A stretch of DNA of 64,000 nucleotides from Octopus vulgaris (GCA_951406725.2 OX597832.1:64728001-64792000); one strand, 5' to 3'. Positions 1 to 14,562 are shown, numbered from the stretch's first letter. Made by a program: numbers and translations. Notes: a model not told the origin generated them from the letters alone.

Positions 1-1049
1 ATATATATATATATATGAATATATATGCATAAAGTTACATATATGTGTGTGTGCGTGTGTATTTGTGCTTTGGGAATTTAGTAAAGCGTTATGACGATAG
101 ACGAGGTATCAACTGAGTGGATTTTGAGGAAATGGAAAATAATAAAGCACCAAATATGGAAAGTGAGAAAACCATGAAGAAATAATGGTAATCAGAATGA
201 CATACTGGAATAAATGATTGCGATGCTGTGTCAAAACTAGGAGACTAGGTGATAGATTATTTATACATATACTTCTCTCTCTCTCACACACAAACATATA
301 TGTACACACACACGCCGATATACAGATGTATATATATATATGTACACACACACATATATGAGTTCATCTATATACACATATATATACATACACACATAAA
401 AATATACTCACACACACACACAGTGTATGTATACAGAAAGATTGGGTGTAGCAGAGATTGACAAAGAGGAAAAGAGAGATGGTGAAGTGAATAAGAGATT
501 CTGTCGCCTATCAATGAAGACAGATTTGAGATAAATGTTAAAAGTGACAATACAAACAGAGCACAAGATTCATTTAACTATTTTCTTATTATCAATATTT
601 TTCTTTCTCTTTTTCTTTCGTAAAATGAACAATTGCTTAAAACGTATTGTATTATTTGGTTTTTCATAACAACATCAGCAATATTAACTGCAACAGGAGT
701 AAAAGCACAAGAACACCATAAAAAAATACAAACAAACATATCCGAGAGCAATAATAGCCATGACAATAGAAGCGTCGACTAACTTCACAAAAATTTCCAT
801 TTGAAAAATGAGATACAAATCTGTGTAATTTATTCAGTGTAAAGTAGACATTGGTATTCAGGTAAGTAAAATATGCTGACAGTTATTTTGTTTTCATTAA
901 CGCATTGTTTTCTATAAGTATTTTTGTCTGTAATTTACAATGCTTTGTAATTATAAGGAAGTTCGCATATTCTTCTTAAAATTACTATTTGTAAAATAAA
1001 TAACAAAGATGATAACAAAGTAATTATACTTTAGACATTCTCTTTCCAT

Positions 1050-2200
1050 TAGTCTCCCTTTCCATCATTGAGCGACGTGAGATTTCTATTGAGCATGGTT
1101 GCAAGCCTCGTCACGAACTTGCTTACAGAGTAGCAAATATATATATACATATCAGGACCTGCAGAGCCTTGTTTAAACCAGGTTTTGACAGGTCTGCCAT
1201 GCCTCCTGCACAGAACACTTCGGCTTCCAGTCGGAAGAGGATCTCTAGTCTGTTCATAGTAATGCATAACATGTGGCCAAGCATCCATTTTTGTCTGTTG
1301 AAGAGAATACTCAGTAAGTTACTCACCCAGGTCCTTTCCAAGTCTTCTTCATTCCTGAAGTTTCGCACCAAAAATTTCTTCGCCTTTGGAAATTATCTGA
1401 AGTCCCACATATAAAGCTAAATTTTTCCTCACATCTTACAGAAGTCAAGGCCCCAATGATGATAAATGTTTCGAATTTGATGTCTTCATTGGTAGAAGAG
1501 TTTCACGATACAGGTTCGAGGTTCTTGAAGACAGATGGAGGTTTACCATTTCTCTTCTAATCAATTTTCGAGTTTTCATCGCGCGTACTATTTCTTTGGC
1601 AGTAATAGAACTGGCGACGAAACGCGAGCGAATCAATGCCCTTCAGACTCTGCCTCCCCAGTGTTACTGAGACTGGTTGTAATGCCTTGTATTACTCTTT
1701 ATACAAGGTGCGTTTCTAACATATCTTTGAGGTCTTCGATGTAAGCAGAACATATGTAATCATACAGAGCCATCAGTTTATTTCAGCACTATTTTGGAGC
1801 ACAAAGATGGCGTTAAGTCAACGGCCAACATCATTAAAGATATACGTAAGTATCTGACACTTGATTGCTTTTCCTCGTCTACTGAATCTCTATCAGCATC
1901 TGCGCTTGTACATTCCGCACCAGTTCTGTTCATTACCTCACTTGATTATCGATTCTGAAGCCATAAACACATTCCTTTATGTCCGGATCCGATTGATAGA
2001 GCACACTTACTACCACACATTGTTTATTGTTTCATTTTTCTCCTCTTTTCAGGACATGGAAGGTCGCTTTTCTTTTTAAAACACATAGGCACAAAACCTA
2101 TAGCCATCATTTTCCTGTGGTTGCAATCGTCGGGCAGGTAAGTATTTCCTTCTGTCACAGGCCTTAACCATGCTTTCTTTGCCTTGCTTTGACTCCTGAT
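1050..2200 (-). mobile_element. Heavily decayed RTE-clade LINE fragment (RT to C-terminal part)
   Basis: Frameshifted minus-strand peptides resemble RTE ORF motifs in the expected order, ending in 'ILFNRQKWMLGHM' and 'RRHGRPVKTWFKQ' (cf. W.GHV.R...RGRP..TW). Many stops; boundaries approximate. Confidence 0.5.
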
Positions 2201-2690
2201 GTTGACAGATAAAAACACTTCTGAATGTTTCTTTTTTTTTTCTGCCTATTCAAATCAAAGTTTTCTTCTCCTGTTAGTCGTCTATATTTATGTTTGAGCA
2301 GCTGATAGTTTAATTTGTTTAATGCTTCAAACTATTTCGGAACTATTTTTCGTTTGCCATGAATTGTATGAGATATTTATTTACGTTATAGAAGCTATTA
2401 CTGCTGCAACTGCTATAGTGAAGAGTAGTTACTGCTAATTCCGAGGAAGACATACTACACGTAGCTATTTATATATTTTTGGCAAAAGCTAAGTATATTA
2501 AAAAACGAAGCTTTAGCCACCCCAGTTAATGGGATGTATCACCAAACAATCGGAATGCCTTCCATTAGTAACACTAATCTATTTTGTTCCATAATATGAT
2601 ATGGCTAGATATAATTTTTCTGTGGAATATACGTCATTCGTTTGTACATAGAATAACAAGAGTAAAACTAAGACGCTTCTTATATATATT

Positions 2691-2866
2691 TTCTATTATA
2701 GGCACAAGGCCTGACATTTTAGAGGAGCGAGCCAATTACATCAGGCCCTGTGCTCAAATGGATGAAAGTTAAAGTCAACTCGGCGTTTGAACTCGAACGT
2801 AAGATCGGAAGTAATGTCGCTGAACATTCTATCCGACGTGTTAACGACTGTAGCAGCTAGCCGCCT
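2691..2866 (-). mobile_element. tRNA-derived SINE, family B (Meta/MESC-like domain), diverged
   Basis: Reverse complement aligns by eye to the copy at 46574-46789 (ggcggc.agct head, gagttcaaa B-box, gccttgtgcct tail). Confidence 0.75.
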
Positions 2867-2933
2867 GAATAACTATAGATCTTTCTGAATTTGTCTCAAA
2901 GCTTGATATTGATTACACCAACATCAGTTCTTG

Positions 2934-3068
2934 ATTGGTTCTTACTTTATCGACCCTGAAAGGGTGGCAGATAAATTCGACTTCGGCAAAGAACTCGGAA
3001 AGTAAAGAGCCGGAAGAAATGCGGCAAAGCATTTCGTTCGGAAGGGTATCGATTTTGGAAGCTCGCCA
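2934..3068 (-). mobile_element. SINE family B, diverged partial copy
   Basis: tttatcgaccctgaaagg...aaatgcggcaaagcatttcg...agctcgcc matches the family reverse complement. Confidence 0.7.
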
Positions 3069-3095
3069 ATTTTACCATAATAATAATAAACACTG

Positions 3096-3154
<59 letters not shown>
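3096..3154. repeat. (AAT)n microsatellite
   Basis: Direct reading; source of the poly-I and poly-L ORFs. Confidence 0.95.
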
Positions 3155-3159
<5 letters not shown>

Positions 3160-4300
3160 CAACACTGATATTTATCTCAGGGGGTTCAATGCGTTCTGGT
3201 GAGTAACAGGACGAAATAGAAGAAGCATGAACAATTGTATTGGGGAAGGTTACAGGGGCGAGATCATAATCACAAGAATATCGATAGAATAACTGAATTG
3301 ATCTACACCAGTGGATGGATGATAACAATAAAACATTTAGAAAAAAGAAATAGAGAAAGATTACTATACCTTAGGTACCTTAGATAAGGGCACAAATGTC
3401 AAAAGGTTCCCTGTAAATAGAAAAGAAAGAAAAAAGGTCAAATATTTTTACAACCTTTTGAATTTGAGGAACGTGTAACTAGCTTACTAAAAATTGTTTT
3501 TCTCATCTCATTGTGCACGAATTACAGTGAACATTACTAACAGTTCTCTGATGTATTTGATACTCCTGCCAGCACAGAGCAGCGCAAGGATGAAAATAGA
3601 AAACAACAAATTTTAACAATATTCTGTTCCTCTATTCGATAGAAAAGTTTTATGTTAGTTTTCAACATGTTATTTGGTATCTAAAAAGGGTTAAAATACA
3701 AAGCAGGTTGGAATGAAAAAAAAAAAAAAACCAAAGACACAACAAAAAATCTGTAATAAAACCTATATAGAGAACAAAACCGAAACATAAAAAAAACAAC
3801 ATGGCGTTGTACAAAATGGCAGCATTTCCCAAATAAAAGCTTTGGTGTTCCACGACGAATGACATCAAACAAAACCGAAATAAACGCAACAAATATGAAG
3901 AAGAAAAAAAAGAAAGAATCAACTGCACCTAAATGTAGTGCATGTTATGTAATATATGCTACAGCGCAGTGGATATACGTTGTAATTGGATGCACAGTAA
4001 AATGGAGTATAAAAACAAATATGGAAGTAGAGAAAGAAGACCGGAGCAAAGTTGAAAAATAAAGGAATATAGAAAATGAATGAGCAGACTGTGGCACGCT
4101 TTCGTTTTCACTACGACCTCCTCTCTTTTTTCTCTCTTTTACATTCTTCTCTTTCTTTCTCTTTTTGTCTTCATCTATGACATACTTCACACACATGCGC
4201 GCGTGCGGTTACGCTCACGCATACTCTCATACTGTTGCATTGCTGTGTACAATTACAACCAAAAATACTTTATACGGGTGGACAGGTACGCTCGCAAATT

Positions 4301-4684
4301 GGGAAATTTGAGTGTCTGGTTAAGAAGCTCGATTTGCAGCGAAGCAATTTCACGTTCAAACTCAATGTGCGGTACCATGGCAGTCTACTACAGTAGCAGC
4401 GGTCTAATCAATGCCTTGAGAGTAAATTGGGTTGGCGGAAACTGTATGAAAGCCCGTTGTATATACAGTAATCACTCGACTATCGTTCCAAAACCCCAGC
4501 GCGATAGGTGAAAACCCGCGAAGTAGAAACAGTACTCTACTGAATGTTTTTTTAAAATTATTTTTATAACTTGTATATATTTATTTTATTAAAAAATACA
4601 AAACAACACCACGGAAGAATCGACATAAACTTAAATAATTAACTGCGATAGGTGAACCGCGATATGGCAAAGGGCTTACTGTAA

Positions 4685-4749
<65 letters not shown>

Positions 4750-4750
4750 T

Positions 4751-4790
<40 letters not shown>

Positions 4791-4966
4791 GTATAGGGGG
4801 GTCTAATGTTGGTTTGTGGGGATGTGGGTATTTATTTCATCTCACCGGCGGTTCTGCATAAAAGAGCGATAAAATAAGCACCACACTTAAGTACTGGGGG
4901 TGATTTGTTTAACAAAAATCTTTAATTGTGGTGCAACAGCATGCCCAAAATCCAGTGACTGAAACC
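4301..4966 (+). mobile_element. SINE family A (CORE-like), diverged, interrupted by a MITE and (CA)n
   Basis: Head tggttaagaagctcg...cggaaactgtatgaaagcccgttgtata and tail aagtactggggg...cagcatg...gactgaaac, collinear with the intact copy at 61664-62092. Confidence 0.65.
4466..4681. mobile_element. Tigger/pogo-like MITE
   Basis: Imperfect TIRs cagtaatcactcgactatcg / cgatatggcaaagggcttactg, TA on both sides (4464-65, 4682-83), internal repeat gcgataggtgaa(a)ccgcga. Confidence 0.75.
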
Positions 4967-5040
4967 ATCATTTACCTGTTAGCGGCATTGTATCTTTGCG
5001 CGCGTGTGTGAGTTTGTGTGAGCACATATGCGTGGTCTTG

Positions 5041-5448
5041 TACTCTTTTACTCGTTTCAGACACTTGACTGTGGTCATGCTGAAGCACCACCTGAAAGGG
5101 TGTTAGTCGAAGAAATCGACCCCAGGACTTATTCTTCGTAGGCCTAGTACTTATTATATCGTACTCTTTTGCCGCACCGCTAAGTTACGGGGACGTAAAC
5201 ACACCAACGTCGGTATCAAGCAATAGTGGGAGGACAGATACAGACATAAAGACATACTGAAATATATACATATATAAATAAAGGTATATACGACGGGCTT
5301 CTTTCAGTTTCCATCTACTAAATCCACTCACAAGGCTTTGGTCGGCCCGTGACCATAGTAAAATTCACTTGTCTAAGGTGCCACACAGTGGGACTGAACC
5401 CGGAACCATGTGGTTGGGAAGCAAGCTTCTTACCACACAGCCGCGCCT
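5041..5448 (-). mobile_element. SINE family A, near full length
   Basis: Collinear with 61664-62092: tRNA-like head, B-box ggttcagtccc, CORE-like ggcacctt.g.caagtg, (gagtaaaa) tail. Confidence 0.9.
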
Positions 5449-5883
5449 ACTGTGTGAGTTTTATTTGCAGATACGTGTTACGTTTGATTCTTCGACAGAA
5501 GTGATTTTGAGTATGTATGTTTGTATATCTTTCTGTGAGCGTGTGACTATGTGTGTATTTCTGTGTTCTTAAATGTCTATACAAGCGAAGAGACAATAGA
5601 TGGTGAAAGTGAAACCAAATTACCAAATGCAACGTTTGAAACAGCACATTTTCTAAGCATCAACTCTTTCACATTTTTTTAAAGTACTATCTAGCTGCAA
5701 CTTGTGGGCCTAAACATGTTATACACTACGTTGTCAACAGACTTAGTTAGAAACAGCCGTCTAATAACCTTTAAATCTCACCCGAAATGTAAAGTATAAC
5801 CTCCTGCAAAAATGTCGGCCCTTGATGTAATTGCTGGGCCGAAGCAAAGTGAAATAGCTGACCAATTGAACTGAGCAAGAGAC

Positions 5884-5930
<47 letters not shown>

Positions 5931-6696
5931 AGAGAGTGAGTGAGAGTGGTTATCCTCTATATTTGTAGTTGTGTATATATATATGTGTGTGTGCGTGTAT
6001 GTGTGTGTCTGTGTATGTAAGTATGTATATATATATATATATATGCACAGTGTGTATGCGTATATATGTGTGTATGTATATATATATATATATAAATGCA
6101 TATAATGTGTATACATATATACACATAATGCGTGTGCATATACAATATATATATATGATATACATCTATATAAAATATAATACATATATATATATATATA
6201 CAAACGCACACACAAAACACTATTGTTTTATATATACACAGGCACGCGCGCGCATATACATACGTACAAAATGTCTGAAACGCAATAAGAATAATTTCTT
6301 TATGTAAATGACTTTCATAAAAAAAAGAAAGAAACCTCAACGAATATGGAAAAATATTCAAATTCAGAATGTTGTATCTGTGAAATATTTCTAATATTTT
6401 CTTTCTTTTTACTGTTTTGCTTGTACCCGTCAGTTAATTTTAGAATCTGTTATCTTCTGCTGTGTTTTCCTAGGAAAAACTATTTCGCAAAAGGTTTTGC
6501 TACGAAAGAAATTGAATTTCAATATTAACTTTCATCTTTCAATCGTGACAGCTCTCAGTTAATTCAGCGACTCGTTTTTAAGACACTTTTTTCTCTTTCT
6601 CACTCATTCTTTCGTCATCTTCGATGGTCCATAATAATTTGATGCACTCATGTTCCTTCATAAAAGTAAACACATATTCATGTACAATAATAAAAA

Positions 6697-7121
6697 TGGT
6701 TTCAGATTTCGACACAAGGACAGTACATTCGAGAGAGGGATTATGTCGATTACATCGACTCCCATGCTCAGCTTTTACTTAGTTTATCGATCCACAAAGG
6801 TTGCGAACCAAAGACGACCTCGGTGGAATTTGATCCCAGAATGGACGAAATACCCCTGAGGATTTTGGCTGGCGTGCTAACGATTCAGCCAGCTGACAGC
6901 CTTAAATAATAATCGTCTGTACATTAGGCACAGCGCCTGAAATTTGGGTGAAGGGGATTTTTCAGTCGATTACGTCGATCTCAGTGCTTGACTGCTACGT
7001 ACTTTATGGAACCCGAATATAGGAAAGACAATGTCGACTTCGGCGGAATTTGAACTCAAAATGCAAAGATCAGCAAAATGCCGCGAAGCATTTTCTCTGG
7101 CGTGCTAACAATTCTGCCTTA
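6697..7121 (-). mobile_element. Two tandem SINE family B copies (6697-6903, 6915-7121)
   Basis: Each has gtcgacctcggcggaatttgaactc-like and ggcgtgctaac(g/a)attc.gcc segments. Confidence 0.8.
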
Positions 7122-7276
7122 TATAATAATTATAGCGATGATAATAATAAACAGGAAAAATATCTTTACTGACCATATTACTTGTAAAAAGAGGGGACAA
7201 CATATCTTTGTAGCGTACATAAAAAAACGAACACAAAAAAATCCAGCGAATGATCACTGACATTGCAATTTTTAGT

Positions 7277-7620
7277 TATTTATTTGTTTCAGTCATTTGA
7301 CTGCGGCCATGCTGGAGCACTGCCTTTAGTCGAGCAAATCAACCCCAGGACATATTCTTTGTAAGCTTAGTACTTATTCTATCGGATCACTTTTTGCCGA
7401 ACCACTAAGTTAGGGGGACGTAAACATACCAGCATCGGTTGTCAAGCGATGTTGAGGGGACCAACACAGACACACAACACACACACACATACATTTATAT
7501 ATATAACGGGCTTCTTTCAGTTTCCGCCTACCAAATCCAGTCACAAGGCTTTGATCGGCCTGAGGTTATTGTAGAAGACACTTGCCCGAGGTACCACGCA
7601 GTGGGACTGAACCCGGAACC
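7277..7620 (-). mobile_element. SINE family A, 5'-truncated
   Basis: tttcagtcatttgactgcggccatgctggagcac...gtgggactgaacccggaacc. Confidence 0.9.
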
Positions 7621-7851
7621 AAAAATTACATTCCACACTTAGCGATTTAATCGATTATTATTTACCATTCTCAGTTAGTTGACATTGTTATCCTGTTTTG
7701 AAAATCTGGCGTTTCAATGTAATTATGTAAACATCTGCGTAGCCATTACTACAGATAATACTACTGTGTCTAAAGGCAACACATGTAACGAATATGTTAT
7801 TTATGATATTATAGGAATACACTGAATCTCTTGTCTTATTCTTCTCGCGAA

Positions 7852-7894
<43 letters not shown>

Positions 7895-7897
<3 letters not shown>

Positions 7898-8083
7898 TTC
7901 TACTATGGGAATCAGGCCTAAAATTTCGGTGAGGAAGTTGACTAGCCCAGAGCTCGACTGACACTTAATTTATCGACTCCGAAGGATAAAAGGCAAAGTC
8001 GACCTCGGTGGAATTTGAACTCAGAACGTAGAGACGGGCGAAATAGCGCTAAGCATTTTGTCCAGCGTGCTAAGGATTCTGCC
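7895..8083 (-). mobile_element. SINE family B
   Basis: aaggcaaagtcgacctcggtggaatttgaactcagaacgtag...gctaagcattttgtccagcgtgctaa. Confidence 0.85.
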
Positions 8084-9387
8084 ATATATATATATATATA
8101 TATATACATACATATCATTTATGCATACAGAAGGAAGCGACAGCCTTCTTTTTATTTCTATATACCAAAATACATATACGATTTTCTCAACCCAAGGTTA
8201 TAACAGAGGACATGGGCACCAACTGCCGGTCATTTCAAATACGTCCTAAATTATCTGGTTTACAGGCGATGTATGTATGTATGCATACAAGCGCATTCAT
8301 ATATCTACATACACATACACACCTATATATGCGTGTTTTAATATCGAGATTTATATATATATATATAAAAGATTCAACGTTAACCTTAAGTATTCCTCAG
8401 TAACGTTACGTAAACTAAGATATTTACAAGATCTTTACTAAATTGACAATAACTTCGAAGTTTCAGTTTGTTCCAATTCGTTGTATTGTAACTGTTCGAG
8501 AAGGCGAGCAAATCGAGACTTCGGACTCACAGTAATCTTTTATGTTTTTTAATAACTTCAATAATAAAGTTCAAAAACACAAAGAAACAAATGCCTCTAT
8601 CTGTCTATATATCATTGCTTTTACTATATTGCATTGAAAACATTAACTCATTGAAGTCTCGAAATTCGAATTGATATAAAACTGTTCATACATTCAGAGA
8701 GAAAATAACCGAATACGTACTAGAAATAAGTTGCTAGGAAATCAAAAATTCTCCAGGCGTTTATACACACTCACACACACACATACACACACACACACAC
8801 GCACATACACACACACGCACACACACAGGCACACAAGTGTGTGTGTGCGTGTGGAAATGATAACAAGTTAAGTTTGTCGTTATAGCCATAGATAAATAAT
8901 GTAACAATAGAGGGATAACGTTTTGTAAATATCGATAAAGGCGTTAAAATTTTATACGTTGAAGAACCAGAAAAAAGCAACCAAAGTTTTGCGTTTACGA
9001 GTGTGTGTGTGTGTCTATACATACACACACAAACACACACACACATATATATACACTTACATGAATATCTACTCTATGTAAACACATACACAAGTATGCA
9101 TATAACATACATACACACATACATCCGTGTGTGTATGTGTGTATTTATATATACTGTTGTCAATAGAATGCATACATACATACATACATACATATATATA
9201 TATATATACACTGTTGTCAATTGTGGAACACGACTGTTACTATAGAAACCGGACGACTGCGTAACGCATGGAAGTACGCCTTTATTTCAATATTGTAAAA
9301 ATTTTAAATAATAAAATGCGAAAGCCAGACTAAGTTGGAATTTCATTGATTAATATATTCTTCTATACACAATGATACAAACTCGGA

Positions 9388-9487
<100 letters not shown>

Positions 9488-9516
9488 CATACATACATAT
9501 ATACATTTATACATCA

Positions 9517-9564
<48 letters not shown>

Positions 9565-9754
9565 GAATTTTAGGTTTATTTAAATAAACTTGTGACATAT
9601 CTTAATACCATCCTCAGTGGGGCATACCAAAGTGGATATAAGCTTGCTTTCAATTCTTTGAATATATATTCGTAAGCAATTTGTTTAGACGTGAAATTTC
9701 GACTAAAAATTATCAGCATTATTATTATTGTTATTATCATCATCTATAATAATA

Positions 9755-9970
9755 ATCCTTTCTACTAAATGCATAATGCCAGTAATTTCAAGGAAGGGGG
9801 TAATTCGATATTATCGACCCCCAGTACTCAACTGGTATATATTTTATCGATCCTGAATGAAACGAAAGTCAGAGTCGACCTCGGCAGTATTCGAACTCAG
9901 AACGTAAAGACGAACGAAACGCCGCTCAGCCTTTCTTTCGGTGTGCTAACGATTCCGCTAGTTCGCCGCC
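9755..9970 (-). mobile_element. SINE family B, next to (TAC)n/(AAT)n
   Basis: tcgacccccagtact...agtcgacctcggcagtattcgaactcagaacgtaaag...gttcgccgcc. Confidence 0.85.
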
Positions 9971-9984
9971 GTACTACTACTACG

Positions 9985-10031
<47 letters not shown>

Positions 10032-10037
10032 AGCTGC

Positions 10038-10075
<38 letters not shown>

Positions 10076-11789
10076 GATCAACTCAGACAATCAAATAAAA
10101 GTGATTTATTTTCATATATATTTACATAACGGTAGTGTGGAAGAAAACGAGAGAAGTGACATTAATATTTTACATCCTCACTTAGAAATGTATCGACGTA
10201 GATACACGTAATTCTTTCGATAAAATATTTTTTTGTTACCATGATTACCGCCATTTTTATTCATGGTCTCTTAATTTGAACATTATATTTTCCTAATCAA
10301 ATATATTATAAAGCCTGAGAGGTCTAACATACATTTTTAACTATATTATTGTTTTTACTATATTATTGTTTTTATCATAGCTATACTGTGAACGCATCCT
10401 CCTCAATGACATCCCGTAACGTTTCAATCCGGTTCATATAGACCTATCATTAATGGCATTCCATTCATAAACAACCCATAATTTTCTTGTGTATTAATAG
10501 TCTAGCTTAATTAAGTAAATTGTTATTTACTTAGAAATGGCTACGCATTATTTGTGGGATATTTGTCTGGTGTTTGAAACTAATCGAGCACCATCACAGT
10601 GTCGCATTTGTTTGACAAGACAGGACTGCGTTAGCATCTTGGTTTACATATTTTCGAGCAGCTTTATATAATCTTTTCTAAGTATTTTGTATATTTGCTG
10701 TTCCATTCTCAGCAACTGTTTTCAAGAGCCCTTCGTGAAGATCCTAGCTCCATTGCTGCTTCTCTTTTCCCAGGACTGACAGAAAGTTGTTATGCTGGAA
10801 CTCACTTGCTAAACTTGTATATATAACACCTGATGAAAATCATGTTCACTGCCCCATATATATGCATCAAAAGTGTGACATTTGAAGTATACATGCTGCT
10901 GAAACTATGTCGTATTGGGCGTTTAATTCTCTAATTTACGTACGCATGCGTGTGCACTCACACACACAAACGAGACCAAGATATTCAGTCGTTTCAAAAA
11001 TTTGCGCAAAATAGTTTAAAACATAAGGGTTTCTTCTAATTATATTTCTGTGGAAATCTGAATTCCTAACTGAAATTTGATAAAAAAAATCCTCCGCCCC
11101 CACTACACACAAAATATTGTTGTTTGTTTTCCTTATTTCTTCATAGAATTTATTTCTTCCTTCACATCAATTACATTCCTTTACTTGAAATTGTGCTAAA
11201 AAAAATATTGGATGCAAACCCATTTTTCATTAAGTTTAGCTATAATATTTTCTACCTTTTCTTTTATTTATGTCAAAAAGAAAAAAAACAAATAAAATAG
11301 AAAAAAATGTAATTAGGTAATGCAGAATTTTCATTTTAAGTCTGACGACTTCCTCTAAAGAAAGTAATCAAACATGATATTGCCAATAATACTTTGAGTT
11401 CTTCAGAAGTTCTGATAAACAAAATTAGACGTTCCATATTTCACTAAACGCAAAATTGGAGAAAAGGACGTCAGAATAATTTCTATTGTACTCTCTTTCT
11501 TTCCCTATCTATCTCCCCTTCTCTCTGTGACCCGAGGCATTGAAGTTTTTCTTCTATTCATTCTACCCCCTTATCATTCACCACGTACTCCAAAACACTA
11601 ATTTTCTCACGCCATTTCTCCTTCCTGGTCGATCATTTTCTCAACTCTCTCTCTCTTTCTCTCTCAATATCGATATTAACCCCATCCCTCCCTTAACTTC
11701 AAAGATTCCATGGCTTAATTCCCTCATAAACAAATGAGCAATAATGCTTTTTCCTCACCGTTTGACACAACGCTATCGTCTGAGACTTT

Positions 11790-12232
11790 AAATAATCCCT
11801 TTATCTATGCAAATGATTTTATTGGACGAACACTCACATGAAATAACCGTTATAAAGGCCGACGCCATCATCAGTGTGTCTCTCTGTATTCCAAATACTA
11901 CCCAAACATAAAATATATTAAGGGATTAAGCAAAACGGAGTCAGCAAATAAAATCTCACGGATTCTGAAACTCTAGATTTAACAATGCAAAAAAGTTTCT
12001 TCCCTCCTACCCCAAGAAGACAACGAGGTTCTAAGAACAGACAGGTTTTTGAAATGTATCGCACCATAACATTGATGTGGAGGACTTATGACTCAATCAA
12101 TTATCCCTGTAGTAACGGTGTATTTCTGTGATAAATATGTAGGAAATAGCCCCTACCGCTAAGCTGTAAAGTATTTATAACAGATAATTATGAATTGCCA
12201 TTTTGGTTTATGCAGTATGACTGCCGGTAAGT
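11790..12232 (+). promoter_or_regulatory. Candidate Pol II core promoter and first exon
   Basis: TAATCC at about 11793, octamer ATGCAAAT 11808-11815, inverted CCAAT 11821-25, TATAAA 11851-56, Inr-like TCAGT 11871-75, GGATTA about 11922, donor CCG|GTAAGT at 12227, all in repeat-free DNA. Motif-only evidence. Confidence 0.3.
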
Positions 12233-12702
12233 TCTCCTGATGAAACAATTCTATAATGGAATTCAGATTTATATAAATCTAAGAAAATCCAAATCTTCCG
12301 GGCTTTTGCAGACTATCAGATATTTTCCTTCTGTGCACATTCATTATAAATGATATTTATGTAATTATTTAGCCCAATTAGCCAAATTAATAACAATTAG
12401 ACGCAATTAGCAAGCCAGAGATCAATATTTACACAATTTGAAGGCTTTCCTTATTTTATAAATACGTTAAAATATCAATTATTGTTAGATATAATTATAT
12501 TGTATTTTTTATCATTTAGATTATTATTTCTATTTACAGAATATCATTTTGCATCTTGGCTAAATTCATTCCAATGTCACATGTTCACTGTCAGCAATAC
12601 TTTCTTTTGACTTCTACGGTAACCCTTATATTTGGATATCACGAGAGTTATTGCAGAAGATATTAGTTAAGCTTTATGGAAACACAAAATTATACTCTAT
12701 AT

Positions 12703-12945
12703 CAGTGGTTCCCAAACATTTTAGGACTGCTACCCACTTGGCATTCTGTCCACTTTCATAGCGCCCCCTCAACTCAACACTACAAACACAGACCAGTTCA
12801 TGCAGCAAATTCAAGACAACAGTATTTCACAAATAATACTTAACCTAATTATGTTGTTTTTTTACACCCATCGCCTTTTTTTGGTCACCCCCAAGTCTTT
12901 TCACTGCCCCCAGGGAAGCTGTACTTTCCACTTTGGGTGCCGCTG
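12703..12945. mobile_element. hAT (Charlie-like) MITE
   Basis: TIRs cagtggttcccaaa / tttgggtgccgctg; 8-bp TSD ctctatat / ttctatat (7/8 match). Confidence 0.8.
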
Positions 12946-13632
12946 TTCTATATCCTTATTTTAAGAGAGCTGGTGTGATTATTTTGTGATGACGGATCAT
13001 CTAGTTGTATTTGTAAGAAGTTCCTTTTTAGAGAGGTACATGATTTTTGTCGTCTAGTCCAGCATCAGTGCTGATCGATGAAACCTCCGATCAGAGTCAT
13101 TTAACAAATAAGCACCAACTTATTTATATTTCATGGATTTAGGAATCTGGCATAATATAATACAATCCATTTACGTAAAAATAAATAAACAACCGGTAGT
13201 GACTAGAGAGAAATTCTAGTAGGTTCAGTGACAAGAATGAAGCTCCCTCTAAGTTTAAGGAGAAATTAATAACGCCATTCTTTTATGTGTGAACCAGATC
13301 AACATAAGCCGACCGGTTCTGCATTTTAGCAAGCTTTGGAAAATGAAAGGAAATAATGAGTTGGTGCTGGATGTATTTGAATTGGCAATGCACAGGGCTG
13401 TAATTATAATCTATACACCAGCCAGATCGACGTTCTTAGGAAATGGTTTCCGAGCTGCGTGCCGTTGATAAAATCTAGGTGAGTTGTGAAAATAAAACAA
13501 ATCTCAATTTTAAACAATATAGGGTTGTGAAATATATTTGAAATATGATGAATTTAAATTTGCGAGATATTGACTCGTGACACGATAGTTGTTCAGTGTT
13601 TAAAAGTTCTGTGAGGGTTTTCTAACAAAACA

Positions 13633-13851
13633 TGCAAGGGTGGTGAACATTTCCTGGCTTTAAGGGTATCACGAAAGGCCTGGGTGGAGGCCCAACCTTC
13701 CGAGTTATTTTACAGGAATTAGGGAAACTGAGGGACTGCTGCAATATGTGTGTGAATCTGAGAGGGTAACATGTTGAATGAAATCATAATTAACGCATCC
13801 TCTTGTATTTAATTTTACCCCAAACTAGGAAGTTTTCTGTACTCTTTCGTA
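13633..13851 (+). mobile_element. Mariner-derived MITE
   Basis: Degenerate TIRs (caagggtggtgaacatttcctggcttt / aaactaggaagttttctgtactctttcgta). Internal remnant of the transposase C-terminus 'KLRDCCNMCVNLRG*HVE*' (cf. KCI...GDYVE). Related end at 32568. Confidence 0.7.
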
Positions 13852-14506
13852 ATAAGTGGATAGGGAAAAGTTTTCGTAAAAAGCGAATCACTAACGTGAA
13901 AAGTATGCTGAGCTCTGATCAAGAGATTCTATGAATTTACCATAAGAGCCGAGCGTACCCCAAATGCATTTACTAAGATTCGTAGAATGACATTTACTTC
14001 TAAACTTAAAAGAAGAAGAATAATTAAGTAATCTATGTATCAAAATTGTAATAGCACGTGTGATCTTCTGCAATTAACCCTCAATGATAGACTATATTCT
14101 TCGTTAAACACTAATTTAGTTAGGGAGAGATAATTCTGTTTTTAAAATTGCAAGGGCGTTTATTGACTCGTTTGTAGTGCTCATGGTTAAATAAATTAGT
14201 ACTAATTCTACTCCCAGAATTTAGCATTGAACCAACATAATTAGCAGTATAATATCAATATTATTACTATGTGTTATCTTAAAGGTACTATCACTCAATA
14301 CTTCAAAAACTAGTTCAGGAAAATTTAAGCTACCGGTTCTACTCATGTCTCCTAACTTTGAGTTGAGATGTTGTCTAATTTTACATTTGTTATGTGCTGC
14401 AATAATTTCATCCAAATTTCTGGTGGTTGAACAGGAAAATTTTACTCTATGGCGATTAAATAATTAAATAATTGATCGAGTGCAACAATTTTTGAGAAAT
14501 ATTAGT

Positions 14507-14562
<56 letters not shown>

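Noticed and set aside
625-867. Signal-peptide-like reading and strong CAG|GTAAGT donor at 862
   Set aside because: The frame has no Met, is preceded by TAA, and stops before the donor.
3190-3335. RTE-like peptide traces (IVLGKVTG...WMD); similar at 19570-19700 and 29520-29720
   Set aside because: Too short and degraded to list as features.
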